Sequence record: NC_047880.1
Direction: 5' to 3' (one strand)
DNA: 64,000 nucleotides
Every line of letters begins with the position of its first letter. Position 1 is the stretch's first letter. Shown piece after piece: positions 8,391-19,929 of the stretch. Made by a program: the position numbers and the translations under genes. A model generated the notes under the pieces. It saw nothing but the letters and a program-made list of their open reading frames with translations, was not told where the DNA came from and did no database searches.

Positions 8391-10409
8391 TTACCCAAAC
8401 ACGATATTCGTGACAGCAAGATACGTCACATCATTCGAGTCGCCTCGGTCACCTGAGCCATAAGCCATAAGCCAGATTTCTTCGCCTGCTGGGATGTTTG
8501 TATCAAACGTTATGGTCTGCATTTGCGTGTTAGAATAAACACGTTGCGCAGCACCAGCTCCAGCGTATCTCTCATAGATGGACATGTCATGCCAGCTACC
8601 ATTGTTACCGTCGAATGCCCAGTTAAATGTTATGCTCACAATGCGTTTAGTGAAGAAGTTATTGAACTTGAACCAACCGTTAGACCCACCCCAGAAGTTC
8701 ATGTAACTACCGTCTTGAACTTTCAGGTTCTCAATACCGCCACTGACTGAACGTCCACCCGTTTGCGTAAACGCATAGCAATACCACGGGAATGGATCAG
8801 AGTCAGGCGGCTGGTCATTACCACCAGCGATTGTGACGCAGCGATAAGGAACAGTGAAGTCACTCACATTGATATGTGGTGGTTGAATCGGACAGTAGAC
8901 ATAGTACGACCAGTCACAACCGATTGGTGCAGTAACACGCACGTCGATATCAGAACGATAAATATGCTCTGGATATTTCCAGTATTCAAGCGTTCCTGTC
9001 TGGCCTGCTGCAACGATAGTGGAATCAAGCAGCGTCATCTGTCTGTCAAACACTTCGAACTTGGTGTCGAATGAATTCGCAACGCACACAATAAGCTCTG
9101 CGCGTATATCTGTCTGAGTGCCTAACGAGAAATTATCTTCTGTGGTTGGGTGACCGGCAGAAGACACGCTATAACTCTGACAAGGATGACGGAACTCACG
9201 AGCACCACGTTCACCTGGGCAGTACATGCTGTAGAACACGGATGACAGCGAACCTGCGTTACCGAAGTCTTTACTGACAACACGCACCATCAGATCACAC
9301 GCAACGCCTTTCGGGTCGAAGTAGAAGTACAGGAAGTTCTCACCTGTCTTCGCGTCTAACGTTGTAGCGATACGACGTCCTGACTGATACACTTCGATGA
9401 AGTCGAATGTTTCCCACGATGTGAAGTCGAGATACATCCAACCCGCTGCCCAGCCTACAAAGTGATAGTATTCAAAAGCGTTAGCATTCTGAATGCGTTC
9501 TGTGATTGGCCAGACAGAAGCATGACACGGTGCGGGGAAGATGGGCGTACCGATGTAATCAGGGTGAATAACATCAGGGAAGTTAATCACGTCATACGCG
9601 GCTTGACTATCGAGCGCTAAGCCACCACGGTCAGAAGGTGCAGAGAGACGAGGTGGGAATACCATCAAGCTCCAGCCTGTTGACTGCGTTGTACGCACAC
9701 GAATCATGAGACGCATATCAGCAGCATCAGGGTCGAACTGGAATTTGATACGCGAACGTCCAGTAAGTTTGCCACAAGATGAAGCTACGCGAACGCCCAT
9801 GTGATACACATCGACACTCATACCTGCAGGTGCATACGAAGCAAAGATAATCTCTACATAACCTTCAACAGCAGGCATTGCATAGACTGTCTCTGTAATC
9901 GTTGCACCACGTCCGTGAACAGAAGCATACGGTAAGTTAGGGTTAGCGTATGTGCCTAAGCCTGTACGAGACGCTACACCCACTGGGTCATACGTCTCAA
10001 TAGCTTTAATTCCCGGACGGTTTATTGAACGACCAGTCGGAGGTGCAGATGATGTAATGAGACCAAAGCCAGTACGACCAGCATCAGGTAAGTCGAAGCC
10101 AGCAGGATAGCCTTTCAGAATCTCATACTTCTCACGACCACCAGAGCCTATGCCGTTACCGGAGCCTTTAGTTGTTGACGTTGGTCCGCCGCCACATGCA
10201 CCGCCATCGAGATTCGAACACGGGTCATCATATGTAGGGTCAAACGAGTCATCAATATCATGCCAGCGTTTACCATACAAGTTACGCACACTGAACTTCT
10301 CAGGAGTCAGAGGAGTCCAGTCACCTTCCTTGGTGCGTATGAACATGGGCGTATCGACGCAATCAAGCCAACCGTTATTCGCTGCATTACGAATGCGAAA
10401 ACGAGACAT
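8391..10409 (-). CDS. Fibre-associated structural protein with three internal beta-sandwich-like repeats (672 aa)
   Basis: Three ~100-aa units, each preceded by P-(C/Y)-x-S and ending VFPP / MYCP / VYCP. Confidence 0.7.
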   Translation of the reverse strand: MSRFRIRNAANNGWLDCVDTPMFIRTKEGDWTPLTPEKFSVRNLYGKRWHDIDDSFDPTYDDPCSNLDGGACGGGPTSTTKGSGNGIGSGGREKYEILKGYPAGFDLPDAGRTGFGLITSSAPPTGRSINRPGIKAIETYDPVGVASRTGLGTYANPNLPYASVHGRGATITETVYAMPAVEGYVEIIFASYAPAGMSVDVYHMGVRVASSCGKLTGRSRIKFQFDPDAADMRLMIRVRTTQSTGWSLMVFPPRLSAPSDRGGLALDSQAAYDVINFPDVIHPDYIGTPIFPAPCHASVWPITERIQNANAFEYYHFVGWAAGWMYLDFTSWETFDFIEVYQSGRRIATTLDAKTGENFLYFYFDPKGVACDLMVRVVSKDFGNAGSLSSVFYSMYCPGERGAREFRHPCQSYSVSSAGHPTTEDNFSLGTQTDIRAELIVCVANSFDTKFEVFDRQMTLLDSTIVAAGQTGTLEYWKYPEHIYRSDIDVRVTAPIGCDWSYYVYCPIQPPHINVSDFTVPYRCVTIAGGNDQPPDSDPFPWYCYAFTQTGGRSVSGGIENLKVQDGSYMNFWGGSNGWFKFNNFFTKRIVSITFNWAFDGNNGSWHDMSIYERYAGAGAAQRVYSNTQMQTITFDTNIPAGEEIWLMAYGSGDRGDSNDVTYLAVTNIVFG

Positions 10410-10420
10410 GCGTTAGCTCC

Positions 10421-10912
10421 TTATGGCCTCACCCAGATTGCTCCAGGAGATACCTCTTGGTCGATAGACGGATCAGAATCTTGTACGAAGATCTCCACTA
10501 CACCCGGATTACCCGCAGCGCCAGTAGAACCGGTTGGGCCTGTAGGACCTGCTGGGCCACGCAGACCAACATAGCCTTGCTTGCCCGGTAGACCATCACC
10601 ACCACGAGGGCCGGGACAACCGTCAGTACCACGTTTACCGTTAGTACCCATCAGACCGTCGATACCATCACGACCAGCACCGCCGTCAGGACCTACAGGA
10701 CCATAGCCAATGCTGTGAATAGTAGGCAGTCCACTGATTTGCAACTTGCCGATGCTCGGAATGTTTATTGCGAGTACGCCAGTCTGCTGATCGAAAGCAC
10801 CGTTAAGCGTACTATCATCTTCGGCAGTATTTACAGACACACCGCCTTGAGTAGCTACTACAGGACCAGAAGCATTTGTCTTGAGTAGCGTTATATCAAC
10901 CTTTTCAACCAC
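10421..10912 (-). CDS. Collagen-like fibre protein (163 aa)
   Basis: Gly-X-Y run GPVGPDGGAGRDG...GPTGPTG; GTG start with RBS AAGGAG. Confidence 0.85.
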   Translation of the reverse strand: MVEKVDITLLKTNASGPVVATQGGVSVNTAEDDSTLNGAFDQQTGVLAINIPSIGKLQISGLPTIHSIGYGPVGPDGGAGRDGIDGLMGTNGKRGTDGCPGPRGGDGLPGKQGYVGLRGPAGPTGPTGSTGAAGNPGVVEIFVQDSDPSIDQEVSPGAIWVRP

Positions 10913-10921
10913 GTTAACTCC

Positions 10922-11554
10922 TTACGGCCACGTAATGCCTTGGTCTTTAGTAGGGTCGACCCAGAGAGTTCCGGCTGCCACCGCTCCAGGTTGTGTAGCA
11001 CTCACGATAATAGCGAGACGACCAGATGGTCCAGCAGGGCCTGTTGCACCAGTAGCACCAGTACCACCAGTTGCGCCGGTAGGGCCTGTACCGCCACGAG
11101 GTCCAGTAGGGCCTGTTGGTCCCATTGGGCCCGGGCCGCCTTGAGGGCCTGTAGGTCCGACGTTACCATCACGACCATCACGACCATCAGGGCCCGGCAA
11201 GCCTTGTTCACCATCTGGGCCTACAGGACCTGTACAACCTTCTGAGCCGACGTTACCATCACGACCATCACGACCATCTTTACCGTCAGCGCCTGTCTCA
11301 CCGCGTGTGCCGGGACGACCTTCTGGAATATCAGATGATGTAGGGAAGCCTGTAACTTTCACGCTCTGCCCATTAGCGAAACGCAGTGTCAGTATACCCG
11401 ACGTAGCATCATACGAAGAATCCGTTGTTACCTCAGAAGGAACATCAGACTCATCCGCACCTACAACGAGCGTACCACCGGAAGCGCGAACAGGCGTCGG
11501 CGTTGAAGTCAATCCCGTTTGAATCAGGGTTGATTTGACTTTAAGCAATGCCAT
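10922..11554 (-). CDS. Collagen-like fibre protein (210 aa)
   Basis: Gly-X-Y run of about 33 triplets containing a duplicated [11 protein letters not shown] block. Confidence 0.85.
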   Translation of the reverse strand: MALLKVKSTLIQTGLTSTPTPVRASGGTLVVGADESDVPSEVTTDSSYDATSGILTLRFANGQSVKVTGFPTSSDIPEGRPGTRGETGADGKDGRDGRDGNVGSEGCTGPVGPDGEQGLPGPDGRDGRDGNVGPTGPQGGPGPMGPTGPTGPRGGTGPTGATGGTGATGATGPAGPSGRLAIIVSATQPGAVAAGTLWVDPTKDQGITWP

Positions 11555-12991
11555 TTAAAGTTTCTCCGCTTTAGCAACGATATCCGTATTATGCACGAGT
11601 ACATCACCAACGAAATAGCAATCGAAAGGCTCAACATCAATGTCTACTGTATCGACAGCTTTGTCTACACGATAGCACTCTGATACTGAGATAGGTCCTT
11701 TGCGCCCGAGAACAGTTTGACCAAGCAGTACATCACGCGCAGGCACATAACGCCATGTCGTATCATACACAAGGACTGGATGCTCATGCGTAAATTTCTG
11801 TCCGTTAATCACATAGTAATGATCTTCACGACCATAACGTAATGCAAGCACAGACGCATAAACTGTTTTGCCTTTCATCGCAGTAACAGACCAGCCTCTG
11901 AAATCTTTAGGCTGATTAGAGTGTGCGAGAATGCTATCGCCAACAGACAGGTCTTTCACATCAACAGGACCGATGACAGTATCGACAGTTGAGCCGAATA
12001 CAATACAGCCTGTAGTAGAAGTGTTGACAGGGTTACGTGCAACAACGGTCAGCGCAGAACGAACTGTAGCTGTCGGTCGAGACGTTTGTCCCATGTCTGT
12101 AACTACGCAGGTGATAGTGCCTTTGATTGTTCTATCAGCACCGAGACCGAGACGCAGATAAAAGTTAACGACGCAGGTGGAAGTTTCAGTGTCTTGAATC
12201 GTCACGCCTTCTGTAGTAGTGATAGTCCAATTATACTTATAAGGACCGACACCACCACGAGCATTGACAGGCAGATACGCAAGAGCTGTGAATAAATCAG
12301 AGCCTTGAACAGTACGTGTACCTACCATATAGAGACTAGACACAGATGCAGCAAGCGGTGTTATGATTGGGAGAGGTGGCGCTGGCGTAACGTTAGCAGT
12401 AGGGTATAACCAAGCGAACACACGACCATCAGTAGGCTGAGTATTCGATTGCACTGCAACAGTCAGAGGCGCTGGGCCTTGAGCACCAGTAGCGCCACGC
12501 ACACAGTCGGGACCTGTATTTCCACGAGGCCCGATAGGACCTGTAGGACCGTCTGGACCAATTGGCCCCGTAGGACCGTCTGGACCAACAGGTCCTGTAT
12601 CGCCATCGGGGCCAGTATTGCCGTCTCGACCAGCATCACCTACAGTACCTGTTTGGCCTTTAGACCCAGGCTCACCTTCACAACCATCTTTACCAGTTTC
12701 ACCATCACGACCATCACGACCATCACGACCCGTGGATCCGGGAGTGCCTCTCTTGCCAGCCTTCCCTTCACCAAACATCGCAACAGTCGGCAGTCCGGCG
12801 ACATTAATCACTTCGCCATTCTGCTTGATGAATACGAGTACACCGTTCTTACTGTCAAACTTCACGCTGGCAAGTTGCGTCATTGTCAACGCATCGGACG
12901 ATTCAAAAGAGAATTGACCATCCTTGCCTACCGCACTTTTGCCTTCATCGTTGGCAGTAGTTTCGATTTGCGAGAGTTTTAACATTGTCAT
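11555..12991 (-). CDS. Collagen-like fibre protein with Ig-like domain and C-terminal Hint (intein-like) domain (478 aa)
   Basis: Gly-X-Y region, then a beta-sandwich ([10 protein letters not shown]), then G|CIVFGSTV...FTHEHP...[10 protein letters not shown]|T. Confidence 0.85.
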   Translation of the reverse strand: MTMLKLSQIETTANDEGKSAVGKDGQFSFESSDALTMTQLASVKFDSKNGVLVFIKQNGEVINVAGLPTVAMFGEGKAGKRGTPGSTGRDGRDGRDGETGKDGCEGEPGSKGQTGTVGDAGRDGNTGPDGDTGPVGPDGPTGPIGPDGPTGPIGPRGNTGPDCVRGATGAQGPAPLTVAVQSNTQPTDGRVFAWLYPTANVTPAPPLPIITPLAASVSSLYMVGTRTVQGSDLFTALAYLPVNARGGVGPYKYNWTITTTEGVTIQDTETSTCVVNFYLRLGLGADRTIKGTITCVVTDMGQTSRPTATVRSALTVVARNPVNTSTTGCIVFGSTVDTVIGPVDVKDLSVGDSILAHSNQPKDFRGWSVTAMKGKTVYASVLALRYGREDHYYVINGQKFTHEHPVLVYDTTWRYVPARDVLLGQTVLGRKGPISVSECYRVDKAVDTVDIDVEPFDCYFVGDVLVHNTDIVAKAEKL

Positions 12992-15318
12992 TTTGGTTCA
13001 ACCTTAATGCACAAGTTACCGATCAGATTAGAGCCGTAGCTTGTAATCTGTGCGTCAGCGATACGGACTTTCGCAACGATATCAATGAAGCCTTGTGGCT
13101 GGTTTTCTGCGAGGATAACAAACATCTGTGTTGCAGAGACATTTGAATATGCAATCACACCTGTATCAGAACCAGATAACGCATTGAAACCAGCAACGCC
13201 TGTGCCTTTAAGACCACGACCGTATTCAGCTTCTGATGTGCCTGGAGTTTTGAAACTCAAGACATACTCGATACGTTCTTTACCGCTAGTTGCAGCAAAG
13301 CCAGGACCGAGTTGACACTGGAAGTCTACGGTACACGTCATCATAACACCGTTCTTAAACTCGATGCGCTGCGTGATCGTAAGCTCTTCCGTGTCAGCCT
13401 CTTTACGCTGAATGTTGTAGACGTTAGTCGGGTCTGCGTCTTCTTTGAGTGCTGCATCGCTACTGATTTTAATCTCAGGCCATGAGCCCGTGATCGATAT
13501 ACCTTCACCTGCGATAATCTCAGGCTTAGCGATAGGCACATCAATAGGAGGCAGACCTTGACGCTTGAACATGTAGCCTGTTGGCGTAGGCACAACGTCG
13601 ATGATAACACCATCAACTGAACTGTCTTTCGAACCAACAGCTTTAATGTTCTCGAAGATTGTCACTTCAACCAGCGTATCAGCGGGTACGACAGACGTTT
13701 TCTTCAAGACATTGCCAGCGACTGTGAACTCTGAACCGTGAATAGTCAGACCGCCCATGTTCACTACGCAATACGCTTTACCCAAAGGACTTGTTGGCAG
13801 AATGAAAGTATCTGCATCGTATGGGAAGTTGTATTGAGCAACACGAACGCGAGTAGACCAACCAGCGCGTTCTTCATAGCGAGCAACGTAGAAAGTAAAC
13901 TTCTGACCAGACGGAATAGCCTGAGTCATTGTCACTTTGTTTCCGTTAGCAAGCTTGTAGCTGGTGGACGGCTGCCATGTGTTACCGACAACACAGAAGA
14001 TCATGTCTGCGCTATCGACTGTCTGGTTGCCTAACGTGTAAGTAACGGTCTGGCCATCACCAACACCTTCAACAAGTTCAAACAGAACAACGTGGCCTTG
14101 AGACGGTTCGATACGGAACTGTCTGAGGTCGAGCGTCAGTTGCTGTTCAAGATACGACGAAAGCAGAAGCTGATCTTCTTGCACAGAGTAAGCTGTACGA
14201 GGCTGCAAGACACCACTTGTACCGAGGAACAAATCGGTAGAGCTGTCAAGAATCTCGGTGAGCTGATAACGCAGCGTACTCGGCAGACCTGTTGTTACGA
14301 CAGAACTAAACAGCAACTTGCCTGGAGGTACGAACAGACTTGCAGTAGTCTGGCGCGACTGACCGACAGGGCCCCAATAAGGCTTCGTGTTCTTGCCTCG
14401 GAACAATGCCCATGTATCTGGAACATCATTGTTATCAGGCCAAGGCAGCCCAGCAGAAGCAACAGTTGGGTTAGTGATTCTGCGCCACACAGCAATAGTG
14501 GTCTGTGCGCTAATGAATGGAATGACTGCATCCATATTCACTAACTGACCTGCTGTGTATTTGAAGTGACGACAAGCGCCAGCACCAGGACCAGCGATAG
14601 TTTGAATGATTACTACTTCACCCTCACTGAGAGAAGTGATAGAGGCAATCTTAAACGTATTCGCATTGATGAACCCGCTACTGACAGCACCGCTGAAAAT
14701 ACGGTCGTGCTCACTGAAAGACCAGTAATAAGAACCGGCACCGTAACGAGATGCTAGGCCGGGCGACTTACTACCATCAGAGTTGATGTGCAGGTCTAAC
14801 ACGGACACAGCATTGAATACGTTATCTTTCAATGAAGGTAAATTCGCAAGCGTTGGGATGCTCGGAATAGATGTGTAGTCAGCCATCTTAACAGCAAGAA
14901 TCTTTTGAATATCCTGCTGAATATGAACGAGCAAACTTACACGGCTGATAGAATTCGGTACTGCAATAATCGGTTCAGCGAGAACAACGTGACCGAATGG
15001 TTGGTTGTCTTCAAGCAGAATCAACAGTTCACCGACACGCTTCAATGACTCACCAGCAGCGTATGGGATCTTAATGTCGAAGATGAAGCGAGCGCTATTC
15101 TCAGTAAGAACCTGCACGTAAGACAATGCGCCGGATGCAAGCTCGTTGCCAAGTAACTGCTCAGGAACCTCAGACGGATTTGAACCGACGAAGTCACCTG
15201 CTTTGAATGCCACTGGGGTTATTGCAATCCCACCAGCATTAGCGTTAGCAACGGCCTGTTCTCCCTGAGGCGTCAAACGCAGAGCGTCAACGTAAATGGA
15301 TTCAGTGGTGGCCATCAA
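12988..15318 (-). CDS. Baseplate/tail-fibre attachment protein with tail-collar-like N-terminus (776 aa)
   Basis: N-terminal [12 protein letters not shown]...[10 protein letters not shown] resembles the fibre-base domain of P2 gpH-like proteins; repeated T(F/Y)TL...GV.QP...Y modules. Confidence 0.65.
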   Translation of the reverse strand: MMATTESIYVDALRLTPQGEQAVANANAGGIAITPVAFKAGDFVGSNPSEVPEQLLGNELASGALSYVQVLTENSARFIFDIKIPYAAGESLKRVGELLILLEDNQPFGHVVLAEPIIAVPNSISRVSLLVHIQQDIQKILAVKMADYTSIPSIPTLANLPSLKDNVFNAVSVLDLHINSDGSKSPGLASRYGAGSYYWSFSEHDRIFSGAVSSGFINANTFKIASITSLSEGEVVIIQTIAGPGAGACRHFKYTAGQLVNMDAVIPFISAQTTIAVWRRITNPTVASAGLPWPDNNDVPDTWALFRGKNTKPYWGPVGQSRQTTASLFVPPGKLLFSSVVTTGLPSTLRYQLTEILDSSTDLFLGTSGVLQPRTAYSVQEDQLLLSSYLEQQLTLDLRQFRIEPSQGHVVLFELVEGVGDGQTVTYTLGNQTVDSADMIFCVVGNTWQPSTSYKLANGNKVTMTQAIPSGQKFTFYVARYEERAGWSTRVRVAQYNFPYDADTFILPTSPLGKAYCVVNMGGLTIHGSEFTVAGNVLKKTSVVPADTLVEVTIFENIKAVGSKDSSVDGVIIDVVPTPTGYMFKRQGLPPIDVPIAKPEIIAGEGISITGSWPEIKISSDAALKEDADPTNVYNIQRKEADTEELTITQRIEFKNGVMMTCTVDFQCQLGPGFAATSGKERIEYVLSFKTPGTSEAEYGRGLKGTGVAGFNALSGSDTGVIAYSNVSATQMFVILAENQPQGFIDIVAKVRIADAQITSYGSNLIGNLCIKVEPK

Positions 15319-15346
15319 AAAAACTCCTTGGGGTTTTAACGCTTAT

Positions 15347-15353
15347 AAATTAG
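15347..15353 (-). promoter_or_regulatory. CTAATTT candidate late-promoter motif
   Basis: Lies between a terminator and the AAGGAG RBS of the 776-aa gene. Confidence 0.55.
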
Positions 15354-15361
15354 TGAAAGTC

Positions 15362-15399
15362 AAAAGGGAGCCAGGAACATCTAGCTCCAAGCTCCCTTT
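15362..15399 (-). terminator. Intrinsic terminator
   Basis: AAAGGGAGC-TT-GGAGC-TAGAT-GTTCC-TG-GCTCCCTTTT hairpin immediately after the stop at 15403. Confidence 0.8.
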
Positions 15400-15402
15400 A
15401 TT

Positions 15403-18400
15403 TTATTGATAGCGAACAGTGATAACAGCAGAGCCGAAAGCACGAGCATTGGTTCGATAGATCAAGACGTTTTCTGTCAGGTTATCATAAACCATTTTGC
15501 TGACGATAGGTCCTTTCTTACCATTGTCTCCAGTCACAGGCCATTGAGCACCATCGAATGCAAGCCACCCTTTGTTCACGTTACCTTGACTATCGGATGC
15601 AGCAGCAAACACCGCAGTACCGAATGACTGTCTGACAACGAAATATCCGTATTCATCAGTCTTAGTCGAGAGAACAAAAGTACCGCCAACGTTAGAACGT
15701 AAACGACTAGGCAGTTGAGCAAGTGCAGCGCTTATCGTAGTCAGACCGAACGGTGCAATACCGAATCGTGGGTATGACGAGAAGGCTTTCATGAAGTGTG
15801 TCTGCGTGAGTCTTTGCTGACCTTCAATATAGAGAACCTTAACACCAAAGTCTGTATCGTTAAGCAACAAACTTATAGCGAGACGACCAGTAGAGGAGTT
15901 AATCGAGATGCCTTGAACATCTACAACGTCACCCTTACTATTGGTTATCTGCCACAAGCATTTAGCACTCACATCTTCTTTTACGAAGGTGCCTGTACGA
16001 CCAAGCATTGCAGCCATTTGCATCGAGCTATCATCACGGACGTTTGTGAATCCACCGACTGTTAAGTCCTGTGGGAAACCAATTCCCGGACACGTAATCT
16101 CTTGTGTTAAGCTGATCGACGTGCGTTGTTCTGTGATGATACATTCCACCTGAACTGACTGTGGGTCTTTCGCTGCTTGGAAACGGAAGGAACCGTCTTG
16201 AGACAGAGAGAAGCCACTAACAGACTTGATTACGTTCCACTGGAATTTAACCGAGTTAGCATCAGGCAGTACGCTCGTACCTTTCTGACCAGAACGTCGC
16301 TCATAGTTCGCAACAAACTTATAGTCAGTGTTGGGTTCGATATTCGATGCAGGGTTTTCGATGAAGCCGCTGAGAATGGTGTTCTGCGTATTCAACTCAA
16401 CCGTGCGTGATGCAATGATCGTTTCGTCTGCAAGGCTCTGCGGGTTCTGTTTAGTGAACACCGCTCTTAGTCCAATAAGGCCATCAGACAGTTGAGACTG
16501 ACTAATGAACAGATGACCATTGAGAGGATCTACTGAAACACCATCGACGTTTGTCTCGTCACCGATAGACCAGATAGCATCAGAAGTAACGAGTTCATCA
16601 TCAGGGTCAATGATTACGCGCAACTGGAATGGGATGTACCAGCGACCATTCTCATAACCAATCTCTGGGTTTCTATCAGACACATCCCACACAATATCAG
16701 GACCGATGATACCGATTGAACGCAGATACGTGTTAGCCTGTACGAGATAGACGAGCAAAGTCTTTTCAATCTGGTACTGGTCACACGTAAAGCGAGCACG
16801 AATCTCAACAGCACCATCAACGTTCTGACTTGGCGTTAGTGTGCCACTCGCATCAATCTCCGCAACACTGTCAGAAGTAGGTACAAGCATCTGACTTCCG
16901 TTCGGACCTGCTTTCACGTAGTAGTTATTGATGACAGCCCACTCTGAATCCACTTCAAGTTCGAATTGAGTCTTCGGAGTTTCTACATAGCTTCCATCAA
17001 GCGTTTTCGCTACACCACCTGTCTCATACATATTAACCAGTGTATAAGATTCGGAGAGTACATCAGCGCTGATCTGCGTTGCACCTTCAATGCGACTATT
17101 GATTATGTTGTTCACACTTTCTTTAGGCTGAGGTGTAACGATAAGGTCCATCTTGTTGCTGATACGGAAGAAACGCGCTTGCACCTGAGTGTATGTTACT
17201 TCATTGCACTTGCCTGTTTGCAGGATAGCACCATCAAAGTAACTGTTCTCAAGTTGAGTCAGATCACCAATGCTGTTAAACATAGGCAAGCGTGAGATTT
17301 CCATTGCACGGAAGTCTTTGTAGCTGTCAGGCGTACGGCCTTCGACAATCTCAACGATAGCTGTACCGCTGTAACGACCAGGAGAGAACTGTAGGACCTT
17401 GTACTCGTCTGTGTCTTTATCAGCCCAAATACCAGACCACTGTGCAGCAGTCACATACTCCTGAGTACCATCAACATAAGTTGCGAGCAGTCGGCAGAAC
17501 GTGCGCTTCCTGTCAAACATCTCGGTCGGACACTCAATCGTTATTGAATCAACAAGTGAGCGTGAAGGTGTCAGTTGCAGATCACGGTAGTTCGTTATCG
17601 TCGTGCCGTCATAGTCATACGTCATTGAGATACGTGCAGAGCCGTGTAAATCACCTTGGAAATACAGAACGTACTCTTTGAACTTACGTGCTAACACCGG
17701 GTCATACACTTCGTTCGTTGATACGGTTACGTTCAGCGTTACCCAGCGAGCGTAGTCAGGATTATCAGGGTCGAACTGTAACGGGTCTTCACCAGCTTGA
17801 ACAGCATCCTGCTGGAGTTGAATCGTTCGCGCTCTTGCTTCTTCTTTCGCGGACTGTGAAGGCAGATACTCGACAGTCACAGCAGCCGCAGCAGCGTACA
17901 CAAGTCCGTTATTCCATAGACAAGTTGTAGGCAGCATCAGCGTACTGGCGCTACTGATAGAAGGTGCAGAACGCAGATCGACAGAACGAGGTATCATGAT
18001 GATATCATCAATCAGGAAGTTCTTGCTGAACGTTTTAGTCTCGGCAACGTCGATATACGCGAAATGCAGAGAGTATAGCACTGCATCACCATCCACTAAA
18101 GGTGCCGTGAACTGGCCCGTAGATTGCTCAACGGCAGGCAGGGAATGCACATCGTTAGCGTCATCTTGGCTACTAAACCAAATGCCAGATACTTCTGTAT
18201 AAGCGACAATGATCGACGGATCACGCGCTGCAATCTGTGCATCAGTAGCCGAAGCGAGAACATACAAAGCCATTGCTTTAGGTCGAATGATATCGCGCTC
18301 AACAATGGTGCTTGGGATAACGATATCGACTGTGGCAAGATTGATAGCAGGCGCTTTCATTGTCACTTGCTTCACAGCCTGAACAGGTTCACCTTCACCG

Positions 18401-19929
18401 AACTCGACATAGATACTGGTCATGTAGTCCTGACGCAGAATGTCTGACTTCAACACGTCTTCAACAACGGACGTATGTTCGGATGTGGAGCGAGCTTGAG
18501 CAACCACCAGCTTGGACGTTGTGTCGTTGTACGTGACAGAACACTTGATTGGTATGTCGATGCCCTGATCAAGTTCATCATCCATAATCAGTGCAATCGA
18601 AACAGGAACAAGGTCACGCACGGAGCGATTAACATCGAACTCCTGTGTCTTACTCAAGTTGAACTGACCTTGATAGAGCACACTGATATCAAGAGTGGTG
18701 TCAGCATCAACGGAAGGAAGAATGAGAGTTGAACCGTCGATAGTTCCGAGTGTTGTACTCAGTCTAACCATTCCGCTATCAGTTAGTTCGCGTGTCAGAC
18801 CTGTACCGTATTTACCATACACACGGACTTTCGCGCTTGCGTTTCCGTAGAGTGTAGGACATTCGATAGACAGAGAATCTGGGTCTGGCTCAACACCTAA
18901 CGGGAAGATACGCAGTTCCATGTCAGTCTTCGTTCCGTTATAAGACAGTGTGAGTGTCATAACAGAAATCGCAAGAGGTTCATTGAACTTCACATTCTCG
19001 CCGTCACGCTCTGCAATCCATACGTTGTCTTCAACGTGAGCGACAACAGTTTCTTCTGTGTTATCGCTATACTTAACGATTGCACCGAACTGTAAGAACT
19101 CACCGCCATGAACGTATTCAGGCTGAATGAAGTTGATAGCGCTTGCGAGAGGAGCACCGACCATGAAGCGTCTGACAGGTTCAACTACCGTGTGTGCTGT
19201 CATATACACAGCAGCCGCGATATTCACAGTAGCATAAACACCTTCGAGGATTTCTTCGATTGGTGCCCACTGATAGAACAGGTCAGCGATACGTTTCTGG
19301 AACATAACTGATCGAGCGGTGTATTGCTCAATGTCATTATTCACAGGGTCGAAGCCGATATGATTGTTAAACCAGTCTTCGGCTTCTTGTTGCTCCATGC
19401 CTACGAGTTGCAAAGCGTTAACGATCAACGTCTCAGCATCTTTCGTAATCGTCAGGTCGAGGCCACTATTGATAAGGTGCGCATCAACTTCAAGGCTTGC
19501 GTGAGTTGTCTTGTACCAGTTGCCACCGTCTTGAATCAAAGTACCAAGAGGTGTAGGCAAGAACGTTTGATAGTCTGCGGTGTACAGGCGAGTAGTATCG
19601 AACTGACCACCAAGCAGCATACCAACAAACTTATTCCACTGCGTTGTACCAGAGACTTGCTGCCAGTCAGGCAAGCAGTCAATGACGCGCTTCAATGAAG
19701 GTAAGCGATAAGAAAGCATATCGCGTGTAACGTTGATGCCGAGCTGGCGAATAGCTTCTTCGGCCAGCACGTCATTCGTATCCCCATTAATACGACGGAT
19801 ATCCAAAAGCTCCTGAATAGTTGTCAGGTTCGCTTCGTCGTTATGCTCGTCAATAATCTGGAACAACTCAGCCCACGCGGGATTGTCTTCAATGAAGTCG
19901 ATCAGGAAGGCTTGAGCGTTTGATTTCAC
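15403..19929 (-). CDS. Large baseplate wedge protein (T4 gp7-like position) with Ig-like repeats (1508 aa)
   Basis: Follows the J-like wedge gene; repeated I.I.GP/CP..v Ig-like starts. Confidence 0.65.
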   Translation of the reverse strand: MKSNAQAFLIDFIEDNPAWAELFQIIDEHNDEANLTTIQELLDIRRINGDTNDVLAEEAIRQLGINVTRDMLSYRLPSLKRVIDCLPDWQQVSGTTQWNKFVGMLLGGQFDTTRLYTADYQTFLPTPLGTLIQDGGNWYKTTHASLEVDAHLINSGLDLTITKDAETLIVNALQLVGMEQQEAEDWFNNHIGFDPVNNDIEQYTARSVMFQKRIADLFYQWAPIEEILEGVYATVNIAAAVYMTAHTVVEPVRRFMVGAPLASAINFIQPEYVHGGEFLQFGAIVKYSDNTEETVVAHVEDNVWIAERDGENVKFNEPLAISVMTLTLSYNGTKTDMELRIFPLGVEPDPDSLSIECPTLYGNASAKVRVYGKYGTGLTRELTDSGMVRLSTTLGTIDGSTLILPSVDADTTLDISVLYQGQFNLSKTQEFDVNRSVRDLVPVSIALIMDDELDQGIDIPIKCSVTYNDTTSKLVVAQARSTSEHTSVVEDVLKSDILRQDYMTSIYVEFGEGEPVQAVKQVTMKAPAINLATVDIVIPSTIVERDIIRPKAMALYVLASATDAQIAARDPSIIVAYTEVSGIWFSSQDDANDVHSLPAVEQSTGQFTAPLVDGDAVLYSLHFAYIDVAETKTFSKNFLIDDIIMIPRSVDLRSAPSISSASTLMLPTTCLWNNGLVYAAAAAVTVEYLPSQSAKEEARARTIQLQQDAVQAGEDPLQFDPDNPDYARWVTLNVTVSTNEVYDPVLARKFKEYVLYFQGDLHGSARISMTYDYDGTTITNYRDLQLTPSRSLVDSITIECPTEMFDRKRTFCRLLATYVDGTQEYVTAAQWSGIWADKDTDEYKVLQFSPGRYSGTAIVEIVEGRTPDSYKDFRAMEISRLPMFNSIGDLTQLENSYFDGAILQTGKCNEVTYTQVQARFFRISNKMDLIVTPQPKESVNNIINSRIEGATQISADVLSESYTLVNMYETGGVAKTLDGSYVETPKTQFELEVDSEWAVINNYYVKAGPNGSQMLVPTSDSVAEIDASGTLTPSQNVDGAVEIRARFTCDQYQIEKTLLVYLVQANTYLRSIGIIGPDIVWDVSDRNPEIGYENGRWYIPFQLRVIIDPDDELVTSDAIWSIGDETNVDGVSVDPLNGHLFISQSQLSDGLIGLRAVFTKQNPQSLADETIIASRTVELNTQNTILSGFIENPASNIEPNTDYKFVANYERRSGQKGTSVLPDANSVKFQWNVIKSVSGFSLSQDGSFRFQAAKDPQSVQVECIITEQRTSISLTQEITCPGIGFPQDLTVGGFTNVRDDSSMQMAAMLGRTGTFVKEDVSAKCLWQITNSKGDVVDVQGISINSSTGRLAISLLLNDTDFGVKVLYIEGQQRLTQTHFMKAFSSYPRFGIAPFGLTTISAALAQLPSRLRSNVGGTFVLSTKTDEYGYFVVRQSFGTAVFAAASDSQGNVNKGWLAFDGAQWPVTGDNGKKGPIVSKMVYDNLTENVLIYRTNARAFGSAVITVRYQ

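Noticed and set aside
11160-12730. ccatcacga triplet-like DNA repeats as regulatory or phase-variable elements
   Set aside because: They are 9-bp in-frame units encoding Asp-Gly-Arg collagen triplets and are fully explained by protein sequence.
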